From positions 1 through 64,000 of the forward strand of contig JAYZQJ010000279.1 in assembly GCA_036149055.1 (NCBI GenBank): DNA of 64,000 bases. Reading direction: 5' to 3'. The position numbers and the translations under genes are program-made. Positions 1 to 13,549 of this stretch are shown piece after piece. Every line of letters starts with the position of its first letter. The first letter of the stretch is position 1. The notes beneath the pieces were generated by a model. That model saw only the letters and a list, made by a program, of their open reading frames with translations. It had not been told where the DNA came from and did no database searches. Origin of the DNA: Myxococcota bacterium. Lineage in GTDB: Bacteria > Myxococcota_A > Polyangia > Polyangiales > Sandaracinaceae.

Positions 1-125
1 GCACGAGGCTCTAGTCACTTTACGGTTGTCGCTGCTTATACCCTACGACCCGGCTGACGACCGGAGTCGATGATTGGGACCCGCGCTCTTTGCGCGTCTT
101 CCGATTCAGTTTTCAAGGACCGACC
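1..125 (-). promoter_or_regulatory. Probable rRNA operon leader with boxA-like antitermination element; the 16S gene would lie beyond the left edge
   Basis: Minus strand reads GTCCTTGAAAACTGAATC (103-120), resembling rrn leader boxA-type elements. The region is non-coding and lies downstream of four near-consensus sigma70 promoters. Confidence 0.65.
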
Positions 126-224
126 ACCCTCGACCAACTACGCACAGGCAGCGTCGAGGCAGCCCCTCGGTTTCGGCCCGCGTCAGCACTTGGCTGACAC
201 CGCCGAGCCCCAGGGCGGCTGAGG

Positions 225-253
225 AACTTAGTTCGCCGCGTTTCGAGAGTCAA
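225..253 (-). promoter_or_regulatory. sigma70 promoter (most proximal of four)
   Basis: Minus strand TTGACT-N17-TAAGTT. Confidence 0.65.
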
Positions 254-396
254 GCAACTTTCGCTCGCTTTTGCGAGCTGGCCGAAGCCCGTTGCGACTC
301 TTCGCGGCGGCGCGCGCCGTCCGGCGCTCGCCTTCTCGCTTCCGGCGTCTCCCATCGGGGACTGTCCGGGCGGCCTGTCGGCCAGCGAGGTCGCGA

Positions 397-435
397 ACTG
401 TAGCCAGCCTCCGATTCGAGTCAAGCGTTTTTTTT
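397..435 (-). promoter_or_regulatory. sigma70 promoter with A-tract UP-like element
   Basis: Minus strand AAAAAAAAcgc-TTGACT-N16-TACAGT; a 16-bp spacer is typical of rrn promoters. Confidence 0.7.
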
Positions 436-543
436 CGCTTGCCGCGTCTTTCGTTCCGCGGGTCTCGGAGCCTTCCAGCGCTCTCGGGGAGCGGCTGGTC
501 CCGGCTACCCGTCATCCGGCCTGCGGCCGGTTCGGGGAGCGGG

Positions 544-571
544 AAGCTACTTCTTCTGGGTCTGCTGTCAA
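544..571 (-). promoter_or_regulatory. sigma70 promoter
   Basis: Minus strand TTGACA-N16-TAGCTT. Confidence 0.65.
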
Positions 572-652
572 GCAACCTGCGCGGCGCGTCGAGAGGCTCT
601 GGGAGGGTCTCTCGGGGGGCCCCGGAGGGCCGCCAGCCGCGAAGGAGGCCGA

Positions 653-680
653 TCACTAGCATCGGGGTTGGGGGTGTCAA
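653..680 (-). promoter_or_regulatory. sigma70 promoter (most distal)
   Basis: Minus strand TTGACA-N16-TAGTGA; weaker -10. Confidence 0.5.
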
Positions 681-720
681 CCAACTCGCGCCCCGAACCG
701 CGATTCTTTTTCGAGGGCGC

Positions 721-1758
721 TCAGTAGAGCGGCAGAACCGGTGTGATTTCGCCTTCTTCGAGTCCGAGGTGATCGAGCGCGCTACGCTCGACGACGATCT
801 GATCCGGGCGCTCGGGGTGCAGGATCGAGCGCGCGGCTACGGCTCGGAACCATGGCGGGCCGTCCTCGAGGCGGGCGACGAGGGACCTCCGGGCGCCCTC
901 CCCCTCCGGGGTGCCGGCCACGAGGCGTCGCTTGGCGGTGCGCTGCACCAGCTCGATCTCGTCGGTGGGCGCGATGTAGTGCGGTCCGCCGTCGAACGGG
1001 TCGACGCGGCGCCAGTACCGGAAGCCGATCCGGGTCAGCATCTTCTCGACGCCGCGGGTCTGCGGGCCGACCTCCCCGATGACCGCCTGGGCCTGTGGGG
1101 GGAGGAGAGAGGTGTAGATGTCCCCGCGTGGGAACAGGCCGCTGATGAACTCCTTGTTCTTCTTGGAGAGTCGGTCGGCGGCCCGGTAGGTCATGCCGGT
1201 GAAGTGACGTCCGACGGCCTCCCAGAGATGGGAGGTGCCGTCGGGCTCGAGCGGCGGCATGAGCTCGGCCAGCACCCGGGGCTGGAACTGCTCCCGGTGG
1301 GTCGCGAGGAAGAGGAAGCGCACGTAGGAGATGAGCATCCCGAGGCGCTCCGGCGCCTTCCGGTACTCCGGGTGGACCACCAGGCCGCCGATCTCGGTGG
1401 GGCCATGGTAGCTGTAGCCGATCGTCAGCACCTCGTGGACGAAGTGCTTGTCCACGCTGGCGCTGTAGCGCTCCTCGTTGCGGACATCGAAGAAGACGTA
1501 GGGGGCGTCCCGCGAGCCGAGCTGCGCGATGATCATCGAGGTCCCCACCGCCACGTCCTCTTCGAGGTCGCGCAGGACGAAGACGAAGCGCCGCTTCCGG
1601 GGATCCGCGATGGCGCCGGAGAACGAGGCCTCGGAGGTCTCCAGGATCTCGGCGATCTCGGTCGCGTCGTGAGGGAGGTTCACGGAGTCGAGGTGCTCCG
1701 CGAGCTGGTAGAGCTGAGCCTGGTCCGCGGTGGTCGCCGCTCGGATCTCGTAGCGCAT
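721..1758 (-). CDS. astA: Arginine N-succinyltransferase
   Basis: True start MRYEIRAAT within ORF 721..2868. AstA-like motifs: GPTEIGGL, RFLF..HREQF..RVLAEL, SHLWEAVGRHFTGMTY..AD, VIGEVGPQT, VDPFDGGP. Confidence 0.85.
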   Translation of the reverse strand: MRYEIRAATTADQAQLYQLAEHLDSVNLPHDATEIAEILETSEASFSGAIADPRKRRFVFVLRDLEEDVAVGTSMIIAQLGSRDAPYVFFDVRNEERYSASVDKHFVHEVLTIGYSYHGPTEIGGLVVHPEYRKAPERLGMLISYVRFLFLATHREQFQPRVLAELMPPLEPDGTSHLWEAVGRHFTGMTYRAADRLSKKNKEFISGLFPRGDIYTSLLPPQAQAVIGEVGPQTRGVEKMLTRIGFRYWRRVDPFDGGPHYIAPTDEIELVQRTAKRRLVAGTPEGEGARRSLVARLEDGPPWFRAVAARSILHPERPDQIVVERSALDHLGLEEGEITPVLPLY

Positions 1759-1760
1759 GG

Positions 1761-2210
1761 TCAGAAGGTCTTCTCGGTGTCGATCAGGATCGTCACCGGT
1801 CCGTCCACTCGGCTCCTCACGTCCATCATCGCCCGAAACCGGCCGGTCGCCACCTCGAGGCCGCGCGCGCGGAGGGCCTCGACCACCGCTTCGTAGAGGC
1901 GCTCGGCCTCCTCGGGAGGGGCGGCTCCGTCGAAGGAGGGGCGCCGGCCGCGGCGCACGTCTCCGAACAGGGTGAACTGCGAGACCACGAGCACCGCGCC
2001 GCCCACGTCCTCGACCGACAGGCTCATCTTGCCCTCGTCGTTCCGGAACACGCGGAGCCCGGCGAGCTTGTTCGCCATCGTGGCGACCTCGGCTTCGCCG
2101 TCCCCGGCCGCCGCGCCCAGGTAGACGAGCAGGCCCGGGCCGATGGCGCCGACGGTCTCCTCGTCGACGAGCACCGAGGCTTCGAATACGCGCTGCGCGA
2201 CGGCTCGCAC
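1761..2210 (-). CDS. dtd: D-aminoacyl-tRNA deacylase
   Basis: GTG start (VRAVAQRV), SQFTL motif, GRRPSF, C-terminal DGPVTILID. Confidence 0.93.
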   Translation of the reverse strand: MRAVAQRVFEASVLVDEETVGAIGPGLLVYLGAAAGDGEAEVATMANKLAGLRVFRNDEGKMSLSVEDVGGAVLVVSQFTLFGDVRRGRRPSFDGAAPPEEAERLYEAVVEALRARGLEVATGRFRAMMDVRSRVDGPVTILIDTEKTF

Positions 2211-2286
2211 CGAGGAGACGGCTACCACGGACCGGCCGGTCGCGTCGAGCATCGCATCGGGCCGGGGGAGCGTGGTACGAACGGAC

Positions 2287-2904
2287 GTGGCGTTCGCGGT
2301 GGTAGGGCTGACCGGCGGGATCGGTTCGGGCAAGAGCACGGTCGCGCGCATGTTCGCGGAGCTCGGCGTGCCCGTGGTCGACGCCGATCAGGTGGCGCGG
2401 GACGTGGTCGAGCCCGGGACCGAGGGCCTCGCGGCGGTGGTCGAGCGGTTCGGCGACGACGTGCTGGACGAGGACGGACGGCTCGACCGGGCGAAGCTCG
2501 GGCAGCGCGTGTTCGACGACGCGGCGGCGCGCAAGGAGCTCGAGGGGATCCTGCACCCGCGCATCGCCGCCGCGTCGCTCGCGCGCTTCCAGGCGCTCGC
2601 CCAGGAGGGTCACCCCTACGCGCTCTACGAGGCCGCCCTGCTCGTCGAGAGCGGCCGGCACCGCACGATGGGGGCGCTCGTGGTCGTCGCGGTGGACGCG
2701 GAGACGCAGGTCGCCCGGGTGCGGTCGCGGGACGCGCTCTCGGCGGAGGACGCGCGCAAGCGGATGGCGGCGCAGCTCCCGCTGGCGGAGAAGGTCGCCG
2801 CGGCCGACCACGTGATCCGGAACGACGGCTCGCTCGAGGAGACGCGGGCTCGGGTGAGAGAGGTGCACGAGCGCCTGGTGGCGCGCTTCGGAGGGGGAGC
2901 ATGA
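2287..2904 (+). CDS. coaE: Dephospho-CoA kinase
   Basis: VGLTGGIGSGKST, DADQVARDVVEPG, LDRAKLG..VF, ILHPRI, ADHVIRNDGS. Confidence 0.93.
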   Translation: MAFAVVGLTGGIGSGKSTVARMFAELGVPVVDADQVARDVVEPGTEGLAAVVERFGDDVLDEDGRLDRAKLGQRVFDDAAARKELEGILHPRIAAASLARFQALAQEGHPYALYEAALLVESGRHRTMGALVVVAVDAETQVARVRSRDALSAEDARKRMAAQLPLAEKVAAADHVIRNDGSLEETRARVREVHERLVARFGGGA

Positions 2905-4004
2905 GCGAGCGGCCGGAGATCACGCTGGTCACGGGGTTCCCCACGAGCTTCCTCGCGGTGCGCGTGGTGAAGAAGGTCCTCGCGGAGGAGCCGCGGGCCG
3001 AGCTGCGCCTGGTGGTCCAGGACAAGTTCATGGAGCGCGCGCGGTCCGAGCTCGAGCGGCTGGGCCGCGACGCGGAGCGGGTGAACGTGCTCGAGGGCGA
3101 CGCCGCGGCGATGGATCTCGGCCTCTCGGGGCGCGAGTTCGTCGAGCTGGCGGGCGAGGTCGACGTCATCCACCACTGCGCGGCCATCACCTACCTCGGC
3201 GTGGAGGAGAAGGCCGCGGAGGAGCTGAACGTGGGCGGCACCCGCGAGGTCCTCGAGCTGGCGCAGGAGGCCGATCATCTCGCCCGGCTGGTGCACTGGT
3301 CCACCGCGCTCGTGTCCGGAGGCCGCCGCGGCTACGTGCTCGAGGAGGAGCTGCTCGCGCCCGAGGGGTTCCGGAACCCGATCGAGCAGACGCGCTTCGC
3401 GGCCGAGACGTTGGTCCGGCGCGCCGCCAGCGAGATCCCGATCACCATCTTGCGCCCGGCCATCATCGTCGGCGACAGCGTCACCGGGGAGATCGATCGC
3501 CTCGAGGGGCCCTATCTCCTGGTGCTGTTGATGCTGAACGCGCCGGCGGATCTGCGCATGCCGCTGCCGGGGCGCGGGGACGTGCCGCTCAACCTGGTGC
3601 CGGTCGACTACGTGGTGGACGCGGGGTGCGCGATCGCGCGCGATCGGCGCTCGCTCGGCAAGACGTTCCACGTGGTCGACCCGGAGCCGGTGACGGCGCG
3701 CCGGGTCTTCGAGCTGATCGCCCGGGCCGCCGGGCGCCCGGTGCCCCGCGGCTTCCTCCCCACGAACCTCGCCACCGCCCTGCTGCGCACGCCGGGGGTC
3801 GAGCGGTTCGCGCACGTCCCGCGCGCGTTCCTCGAGCAGCTCGCGACCGAGGTCGTCTACGACGATCGGAACGCGCGCGACATCCTCGACGAGCTGGACG
3901 TCGAGTGCCCCTCGTTCGAGAGCTACGTGGGCGTGATGGTGGACTACGTGCGGAAGCAGCAGGCCACCCGGCGGGCCCAGGCGGCCGACGCGCCACCGGC
4001 CTGA
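2901..4004 (+). CDS. Extended SDR / thioester-reductase-like NAD(P)-binding protein
   Basis: LVTGFPTSFL, VIHHCAA, NVGGTREVLELA, ILRPAIIVGDS, LVPVDYV. ATGA overlap with coaE. Confidence 0.8.
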   Translation: MSERPEITLVTGFPTSFLAVRVVKKVLAEEPRAELRLVVQDKFMERARSELERLGRDAERVNVLEGDAAAMDLGLSGREFVELAGEVDVIHHCAAITYLGVEEKAAEELNVGGTREVLELAQEADHLARLVHWSTALVSGGRRGYVLEEELLAPEGFRNPIEQTRFAAETLVRRAASEIPITILRPAIIVGDSVTGEIDRLEGPYLLVLLMLNAPADLRMPLPGRGDVPLNLVPVDYVVDAGCAIARDRRSLGKTFHVVDPEPVTARRVFELIARAAGRPVPRGFLPTNLATALLRTPGVERFAHVPRAFLEQLATEVVYDDRNARDILDELDVECPSFESYVGVMVDYVRKQQATRRAQAADAPPA

Positions 4005-4031
4005 CGGATTTGTTGGTACGATGCCCGGCAG

Positions 4032-6077
4032 ATGTCGGGGAGGACCGGATCGGGACGTGATCCCGTGATCCCGAAGGATCCACTGCGCGATACGATGTCG
4101 GACGCGAAGCCGGACACCGATCCGGTCGTGAACGCTCGCCCGCGGCGGAAGGGGTCCTGGGAGTCGCTCGAGCCCACGCTCACCGATCACGCGGCGGGCA
4201 GCCCGTCACCGTGGTCGGAGGAGCTCACGCTGGACGGCCCCACCCGGGTGGAGCTCCCGCGCTCGCTGGTCGACCCGGACGCGCCGCGCATGGCGGTGGA
4301 CGAAGACTTCGGGCAGCGGTACCGGACCGACGAGATCCTCGGCCAGGGCGGCATGGGCACCATCCGCCTCCACTACGACCGGCAGATCGGGCGACGGGTC
4401 GCGCTGAAGTCGATGAACGACGCCGACGCCGGGTCCGCCGACCGGTCGCGTTTCATCCGCGAGGCCCGGATCCAGGGGCAGCTGGAGCACCCCTCGATCG
4501 TCCCGGTCTACGATCTCGCGATCGGCCCGGACGGGCGCCCCTTCTTCACGATGCGGCGGGTCCGGGGCATGACCCTCGAGGTCATCCTGGAGCGGCTCGC
4601 CATGGGCGCGCCCAAGGTGTTCCGGGCCGAGCACTCGCGCCGGCGGCTGCTCAGCGCGTTCGGCCGGGTGTGCCAGGCGGTGCACTACGCGCACGAGCAC
4701 GGGGTGCTCCACCGGGACATCAAGCCCAGCAACATCATCCTCGGGGAGTTCGGCGAGGTCTACCTGCTCGACTGGGGCCTGGCCGGGCTGGCGAAGCAGC
4801 GCGACGAGGCGGTGCGGGAGCTCAAGGCGCTGCGGCTGACCCGGGAGACGATGCCGGGCTCGCTGCTCGGGACGCCCGGCTACATGTCGCCCGAGCAGGC
4901 GACCGGGGGGGTCTCGGAGCTCGGGCCGCCGACCGACGTCTACGCCCTCGGCTGCATCCTGTTCGAGATCGTGACCCTGATGCCGCTGCACGACGGCGAG
5001 GGCATCGTCTCGCTCCTCGACAGCACGATCCGCGGCACCACCGACCGACGCCCGTCCCGCCGGGCGGGCCACCTGAAGATCGATCCGGAGCTCGACCGGA
5101 TCGTCATGAAGGCCACGGCGCTCTCGCCCGAGGACCGCATCCAGTCGGCGCGCGAGCTCTTCCTCCAGATCGACGCCTACCTCGACGGCCGGCGCGACGA
5201 GGAGCAGCGCACCCAGCTGGCGGACGAGCGGGCGCGCGCGGCGGCGTCCGAGGCGGAGCTCGCGCTCTCCAAGCCGGAGGGCTTCGACGAGCGACGCCAG
5301 GCGCTGCGGGACGCGGTCGGCGCGCTCTCGCTGGATCCGACGAACGAGCTCGCGCTCCGCACCTTCGCCGAGGTGACCACCAACCCGCCGCAGCGCCTGC
5401 CGCCCGACGTGGACGAGAGCCTCGGCGAGGCGGTGCGCGCGCGGCTGCGGTGGGCGGGAGGCGCGGTCTCCGTCGTCTACGCGAGCGCGTTCGTCTACCT
5501 GCCGTTCATCGCCGCGAGCATCGTCGAGCAGTGGCTCCCGGTGATCCTCGCCTACACCCTCCTGCTGGCGGCGGCGGTCGCGGGGCTGCTGACCGCGCGG
5601 GCCGCGCGCCCTCGGGTCGAGTGGCTCGCCGGTGCGATGGTCCTGAGCAACCTCGGCTTCGCGGCCACCGCGCCCTGGTTCGGCCCGCTGCTGGTGACCC
5701 CGTCGCTCCTGGCCATCAACACCGCTCCCTACGCGCTCTTCCTCAGCCATCGGGCGCGGCGCCTGGCCCTCGCCTTCGGGCTCGGCACCATCGCCACCAT
5801 CATCGGCCTCGGCTACGCGGGCGCGATCCCGGTGGAGTACACCTTCCGGGAGGGCGAGCTGATCGTGCACTCCGGGGCGCTGCTCTTCGCGCCGATCCCG
5901 ACCCTGGTGCTGCTGACGCTGCTCGCGCTCGGCCAGATGCTGGGCGCGATGCTCGGCGCGAGCCGGATCTATGCCGATCTCGAGCGGGCGGAGCGCGCGC
6001 TGCACATGCAGTCCTGGTTGCTCCGCGGGCTGACGCAGGAGCGGCGCCCGTCGTCTCGACCGCCCGCCGATCGGTGA
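4032..6077 (+). CDS. Ser/Thr protein kinase with C-terminal multi-pass membrane domain (start may be 4095)
   Basis: LGQGGMG, VALK, HRDIKPSN, DWG, GTPGYMSPEQ, DVYALG; several hydrophobic helices at the C-terminus. Confidence 0.9.
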   Translation: MSGRTGSGRDPVIPKDPLRDTMSDAKPDTDPVVNARPRRKGSWESLEPTLTDHAAGSPSPWSEELTLDGPTRVELPRSLVDPDAPRMAVDEDFGQRYRTDEILGQGGMGTIRLHYDRQIGRRVALKSMNDADAGSADRSRFIREARIQGQLEHPSIVPVYDLAIGPDGRPFFTMRRVRGMTLEVILERLAMGAPKVFRAEHSRRRLLSAFGRVCQAVHYAHEHGVLHRDIKPSNIILGEFGEVYLLDWGLAGLAKQRDEAVRELKALRLTRETMPGSLLGTPGYMSPEQATGGVSELGPPTDVYALGCILFEIVTLMPLHDGEGIVSLLDSTIRGTTDRRPSRRAGHLKIDPELDRIVMKATALSPEDRIQSARELFLQIDAYLDGRRDEEQRTQLADERARAAASEAELALSKPEGFDERRQALRDAVGALSLDPTNELALRTFAEVTTNPPQRLPPDVDESLGEAVRARLRWAGGAVSVVYASAFVYLPFIAASIVEQWLPVILAYTLLLAAAVAGLLTARAARPRVEWLAGAMVLSNLGFAATAPWFGPLLVTPSLLAINTAPYALFLSHRARRLALAFGLGTIATIIGLGYAGAIPVEYTFREGELIVHSGALLFAPIPTLVLLTLLALGQMLGAMLGASRIYADLERAERALHMQSWLLRGLTQERRPSSRPPADR

Positions 6078-6081
6078 GCGC

Positions 6082-7539
<1,458 letters not shown>

Positions 7540-8910
7540 CTACTTGCCGGCCAGCGTCATGCGGGACACGCGGAAGGTCGGCGTGGCCACCGAGGTGCGG
7601 AGATCCAGGTCGTCCGCGACCGCGTCGATCCGCTTGAGCAGCTCGTCGACGTTGAGCGAGATCGTGACCTCGGAGACCGGGAAGGTCTTCTCGCCGTTCT
7701 CGATCCAGAAGCCCGACGCGCCGCGGCTGAAGTCGCCGGTCACCGCGTTGAACCCGAAGCCCATCATCTCGGTGACGTAGAGGCCGCTCTTCGTCGACTT
7801 CAGCAGGTCCTCGGGGCTCTGCGTCCCGGGCTGGAGCACGAAGTTGCTCGTCGACGGACCCACGCCGCCGGACGAGCCGCGGCTCGCGCTCGCGGTGCTC
7901 TCGAGCCCGAGCTTGCGGGCCGAGTAGGTGTCGAGCATGTAGCTCTGGAGCACGCCCTTCTCGACCACGACGTTGCGGCGCGACAGCAGGCCCTCGCCGT
8001 CGTAGGGGCGCGAGCCCGGCGCGCCCTCGAGGAGCGGATCGTCGACGACGGTGACCAGCTCGCTCGCGACCTGGCTGCCGACGCGATCGACGAGGTAGCT
8101 GGAGCGGCGCCAGATGGCGCTCCCGTTGATGCACCCGGCGAGCAGCCCGAGGATCGAGCGGCCGACGTCGGGGTCGAACACGACCGGGCACTCCTGGGTC
8201 GCCGCCTTCTGCGCGCCCAGCTTGGCGAGCGTGCGGCGCGCCGCCTCGCGGCCCACCTCGTCGTCCGCGAGGAGCCCGTCCTTGTGGCGGCGCGCGGTCC
8301 AGTAGTAGCCGCTGCGCTTCTTGCCGTCGGCGTCGTCGGCCACCGGGTTGACGGTGAGCGACGCGTAGGTGCCGCGACTGACGCCGGCGAAGCCGCCGCT
8401 CGTCACCAGGGCGCGGGCCCCCGACGCGCGCGAGAACGTGGCGCCCTCGCTGTTGGTGATCCGCGCGTCGGCCTCGCGCGCCGCCTTCTCGCCTGCGAGC
8501 GCGTGCGCGAGCGCCTCGGCGCCGTCGATGTCGTGGATCGACGCGTCGTAGAGGTTCAGCTCGGGGTGGTCCTCGCGGCGGCTCAGCAGCGAGGGATCGG
8601 GCGGCCCCGCGAGCTCGTCCGGCTGCGAGAGCCGCGCGAGCTCGATCGCGTCCTCGACGAAGCGGGTCACGCCGGCCTCGGTCAGATCGCTGGTGAACGA
8701 GACCGCGACCTGCTTGCCGATCATGACGCGGAGGCCGACCGCGCGGCTCCCCGCCTCTTCGACGAGCTCGGGCTCACCGAGCCGGACCTTGGTCGAGAGG
8801 TGCGAGCCCTCCGAGACCACCGCCTCGGCGACGTCCGCGCCCGCCTTCCGCGCCCGCTCCACCACCTGCCCGCCGAGGGCGAGCAGCTCTTCTTGATTCT
8901 CCGTCGCCAT
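7540..8910 (-). CDS. pmbA: TldE/PmbA metalloprotease partner
   Basis: VRLGEPELVEEAGSRAVGLRV, DDPL...SRPYDGEG, GFNAVTGDFSRGASG; no HExxxH; downstream of tldD. Confidence 0.85.
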   Translation of the reverse strand: MATENQEELLALGGQVVERARKAGADVAEAVVSEGSHLSTKVRLGEPELVEEAGSRAVGLRVMIGKQVAVSFTSDLTEAGVTRFVEDAIELARLSQPDELAGPPDPSLLSRREDHPELNLYDASIHDIDGAEALAHALAGEKAAREADARITNSEGATFSRASGARALVTSGGFAGVSRGTYASLTVNPVADDADGKKRSGYYWTARRHKDGLLADDEVGREAARRTLAKLGAQKAATQECPVVFDPDVGRSILGLLAGCINGSAIWRRSSYLVDRVGSQVASELVTVVDDPLLEGAPGSRPYDGEGLLSRRNVVVEKGVLQSYMLDTYSARKLGLESTASASRGSSGGVGPSTSNFVLQPGTQSPEDLLKSTKSGLYVTEMMGFGFNAVTGDFSRGASGFWIENGEKTFPVSEVTISLNVDELLKRIDAVADDLDLRTSVATPTFRVSRMTLAGK

Positions 8911-8916
8911 CGCTCC

Positions 8917-10353
<1,437 letters not shown>

Positions 10354-10474
10354 GGATGTCGTGACTCTAAGCCCCGAGGGCCTATGTCGCTATCGGTGTC
10401 CGTGCGGCAACACAGGTCCGAGACGTTCTGCTACGCTGCCGCCGAGACGCACCGAGGAGCGAAAGGGAGAGCGC

Positions 10475-10858
10475 ATGCAGGAGCACCAAGAGGCGATGGT
10501 CAAGTCCCTGGTCGCCGTGGCGTGGGCCGACGGGCGCATGGACGGCGAGGAGACCGAGGTCATCGAAGCGCTGCTGAGTGCGTTCGAGATCGAAGGCGAC
10601 GACGCCGAGGCCGTCCGTGACTTCGCCAAGGAGCCGAAGCGACTCGAGGACGTGCCGATCACGGATCTCTCCGCGTCCGATCGGCGGCTGCTCCTGCAGC
10701 ACGCGGTCATCCTCACCTACATCGACGGCGAGCAGTCCGAGACCGAGAAGAAGGTGCTCGACGATCTGATCGAGCGGCTCCGCATCCCCGAGGCCGAGGC
10801 CAAGTCCCTGCTCGAGTCGGCCGAGGCGCGCGCCAAGCGCCTGCTCGACCTTCTTTGA
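10475..10858 (+). CDS. TerB-like / DUF533-type small helical protein
   Basis: LVAVAWADGRMDGEETE and LTYIDGEQSETEK duplicated TerB-like motifs; purine-rich RBS before ATG 10475. Confidence 0.65.
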   Translation: MQEHQEAMVKSLVAVAWADGRMDGEETEVIEALLSAFEIEGDDAEAVRDFAKEPKRLEDVPITDLSASDRRLLLQHAVILTYIDGEQSETEKKVLDDLIERLRIPEAEAKSLLESAEARAKRLLDLL

Positions 10859-11562
10859 AGGTGTTCCGCGATCCGCGCGGCCTCGAGGCCCTGCTCCTCG
10901 ACGCCGGGAACACGATCGTCTTCCTCGACATGACCGCGGTGGCCGCGGTCGCGCTCGAGGAGGGCGTGACGGTCGCGCCCACGCGCCTGCTCGAGGTCGA
11001 AGGCGAGGCGAAGCGGCGCTACGAGGCCAAGCTCGGCGAAGGCGGGAGCCACGAGGCCGGCTGGCGGCTCTACCTCGAGACGCTGCTGACCGCGGCCGGG
11101 GTCGAGGAGGCGGCGGCGCGCGCGCTGATCGACCCGCTCCGCGCCGCGCACGATCGGCTCAACCTCTGGCGGCGCGTCCCGGCGGATCTCCCCGACGCGC
11201 TCGAGCGCGCCCGTCGCCTCGGGCTTCGCGTCGGCGTCGTGAGCAACTCGGAGGGCAAGCTGCCGGAGCTGTTCGCGCACGTCGGGCTCGGCGACGCGTT
11301 CGAGCTGGTGGTGGACAGCGCGCACGAGGGCATCCGCAAGCCCGACCCGCGCATCTTCCACCGGGCGACCGAGCGGATGGGCGTCGCGCCAGCCGCCGCG
11401 CTTTACGCGGGCGACATCCCGAGCGTGGACGTCGACGGCGCGCACGGGGCGGGCCTGGACGCGGCGCTCGTCGATCCCCACGACTTCTACCCGGACCACA
11501 CCGCCTCGCCCCGCTTCGCGTCGGTGGCCGAGCTGGTGACCGCGCTGGAGCGCGCGCGATGA
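10855..11562 (+). CDS. HAD-superfamily hydrolase
   Basis: LLLDAGNT motif I, VVSNS motif [10 protein letters not shown] and AGD...DVDGA motifs III/IV. Confidence 0.88.
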   Translation: MKVFRDPRGLEALLLDAGNTIVFLDMTAVAAVALEEGVTVAPTRLLEVEGEAKRRYEAKLGEGGSHEAGWRLYLETLLTAAGVEEAAARALIDPLRAAHDRLNLWRRVPADLPDALERARRLGLRVGVVSNSEGKLPELFAHVGLGDAFELVVDSAHEGIRKPDPRIFHRATERMGVAPAAALYAGDIPSVDVDGAHGAGLDAALVDPHDFYPDHTASPRFASVAELVTALERAR

Positions 11563-11882
11563 AGGAGGCCACGATCCAGGCCTGGCGGCCCCGCGAGGAC
11601 GACGGCGACGACGAGGTGGTGGACCGCCGCCTCGACGCGCTCCTCGGCGCGCTCTCGCGCGAGAAGGTCATCAGCGCGCGCCCGCCGTGGCGGCTGGTGG
11701 CGGCGGACGGAACCCGGATCGTGATCTTCGAGTGGATCTCGCCGCAGGGCGCCCGACGCGCGCAGGACAACCCGGCGATCAACGAGCGCCTCTCCGAGCT
11801 CGAGCTCGTGGCCGAGCAGATCCCGCTCGGCGATCTGGAGGAGGCGGAGGAGCTCGACGCGAGCTTCGGTCAGCGAGCGTAG
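11559..11882 (+). CDS. Hypothetical protein
   Basis: ATGA overlap with the HAD gene; protein-like composition (IVIFEWIS). Confidence 0.55.
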   Translation: MKEATIQAWRPREDDGDDEVVDRRLDALLGALSREKVISARPPWRLVAADGTRIVIFEWISPQGARRAQDNPAINERLSELELVAEQIPLGDLEEAEELDASFGQRA

Positions 11883-13549
11883 AAGCGGACGATCGCGTCG
11901 ACCACCCGCCGCTGCCGGCCCTCCCCGAGCTCCGGGTAGATCGGCAGCGAGAGGACCTCCCGCGACGCGCGCTCCGCCTCCGGGAAGTCTCCCTCGGCGT
12001 GGCCGAGGTGGGCGAAGCACGCCTGGAGATGGAGCGGCAGCGGGTAGTAGACGGCGGACCCGATGCCCTCGCGCTCGAGGTGCGCGGCGAGGGCGTCCCG
12101 GTCGCGCGCCCGGATCGTGTACTGGTTGTAGACGTGCCCGGGCGCGACGCGCGGCGGCGGCGTCACCTCGTCGAGGCCGGCCTCGGCGAAGAGCGCGTCG
12201 TAGCGCGCCGCGTTGTCGATCCGGCCCTGCTGCCAGCGGTCGAGGTGCGGCAGCTTCACGCGGAGCACGGCGGCCTGCAGCGCGTCGAGGCGGAAGTTCC
12301 CGCCCACGAGGGCGTGGAAGTACTTCGGGTGGCCGCCGTGCACGCGGAGCTTGCGCACCTTCTCGGCGAGGGCGTCGTCTTCGGTGCTCACGAGGCCGGC
12401 GTCGCCGAACGCGCCGAGGTTCTTCGAGGGGAAGAAGGAGAAGGCGGCGAGCGCCCCGAGCGCGCCGACCGGCCCCTCGTCCGCGCGAGCCCCGATGGCC
12501 TGCGCCGCGTCCTCGACGATCGGCACGCCGAGCGACCGGAGCGCGGCGACGTCGGCCGGCTGACCGAAGAGGTGGACCGGCACGATCGCCTTCGTGCGCT
12601 CGGTCTGCCTCGACGCGACCTGCGCCGGATCGAGGTTGAACGTGGCGGGATCGACGTCGACGAAGACCGGCGTCGCGCCGAGCCGGTGCACCACGCCCGC
12701 GGTGGCGAAGAACGAGAACGGCGTCGTGATCACCTCGTCGCCCAGGCCGACGTCGAGCGCCATGAGCGCGGCGAGGAGCGCGTCGGTCCCGCTCGAGACC
12801 CCGATGGCGTGCTTCACGCCGAGGTGCGCGGCGATCTCGCGCTCGAACGCGTCGAGCTCCGGCCCCATGATGAAGCGGTCCTCGCGCACGACCTCGCGGA
12901 TGGCGATCATCGCCTCCTCGCGGAGCGGGCCGTTCTGGGCCGCGAGATCGAGGAGCGGGATCGGGCCCTCGTCCACCAGGGGTCCGTCGAGGGGCACGCA
13001 GACCTCACCTTCGATGCGGTATCGCTCGCCGGTCTCGGGGCAGACGGGATCCGCCTCCGAGATGCGGGCGCCGGCGCGGCTCATCCAGCCCACGCGGCGC
13101 GCCGGGTTGCCCACCACCAGCGCGTGGGGCGGGACGTCCTTGGTGACCACCGCGCCCGCGCCGACGAAGCAGTGAGCGCCGAGATCGTGACCGCAGACGA
13201 TCACCGCGTTGGCGCCGACGCTCGCGCCGCGGCCGACGCGCGTCTTGCGATACTCGTGCTTGCGGCTCACGAAGGAGCGCGGGTTGAGCACGTTGGTGAA
13301 GACGCAGCTCGGGCCGAGGAACGCGTCGTCCTCGACCTCCACGCCTTCGTAGATCGAGACGTTGTTCTGGACCCGCACTCCGTCGCCGAGGCGGACGCCC
13401 CGGCCGACGAAGGCGTTCTGGCCGAGCGAGCAGCCCGCGCCGATCGTCGCCCCGGCGCTGACGTGGACGAAGTGCCAGACCTTGGTGTCGTCACCGAGGC
13501 TGACCCCTTCGTCCACGACCGCGGTGGGGTGGACGAACGGCGCGCTCAA
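11870..13549 (-). CDS. Fused hexapeptide N-acetyltransferase (WbpD-like) and DegT/DnrJ/StrS aminotransferase (WbpE-like)
   Basis: TTG start overlaps the thiolase stop. N-half: [52 protein letters not shown]-half: [50 protein letters not shown]. One frame, no stop. Confidence 0.88.
   Translation of the reverse strand: MSAPFVHPTAVVDEGVSLGDDTKVWHFVHVSAGATIGAGCSLGQNAFVGRGVRLGDGVRVQNNVSIYEGVEVEDDAFLGPSCVFTNVLNPRSFVSRKHEYRKTRVGRGASVGANAVIVCGHDLGAHCFVGAGAVVTKDVPPHALVVGNPARRVGWMSRAGARISEADPVCPETGERYRIEGEVCVPLDGPLVDEGPIPLLDLAAQNGPLREEAMIAIREVVREDRFIMGPELDAFEREIAAHLGVKHAIGVSSGTDALLAALMALDVGLGDEVITTPFSFFATAGVVHRLGATPVFVDVDPATFNLDPAQVASRQTERTKAIVPVHLFGQPADVAALRSLGVPIVEDAAQAIGARADEGPVGALGALAAFSFFPSKNLGAFGDAGLVSTEDDALAEKVRKLRVHGGHPKYFHALVGGNFRLDALQAAVLRVKLPHLDRWQQGRIDNAARYDALFAEAGLDEVTPPPRVAPGHVYNQYTIRARDRDALAAHLEREGIGSAVYYPLPLHLQACFAHLGHAEGDFPEAERASREVLSLPIYPELGEGRQRRVVDAIVRFYAR

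Noticed and set aside
1..100. Possible mature rRNA or tRNA sequence
   Set aside because: No 16S 5' signature (AGAGTTTGATC) or cloverleaf recognised; treated as leader only.
74..680. Short ORFs at the window start
   Set aside because: They overlap the promoter array and leader and have no protein-like features.
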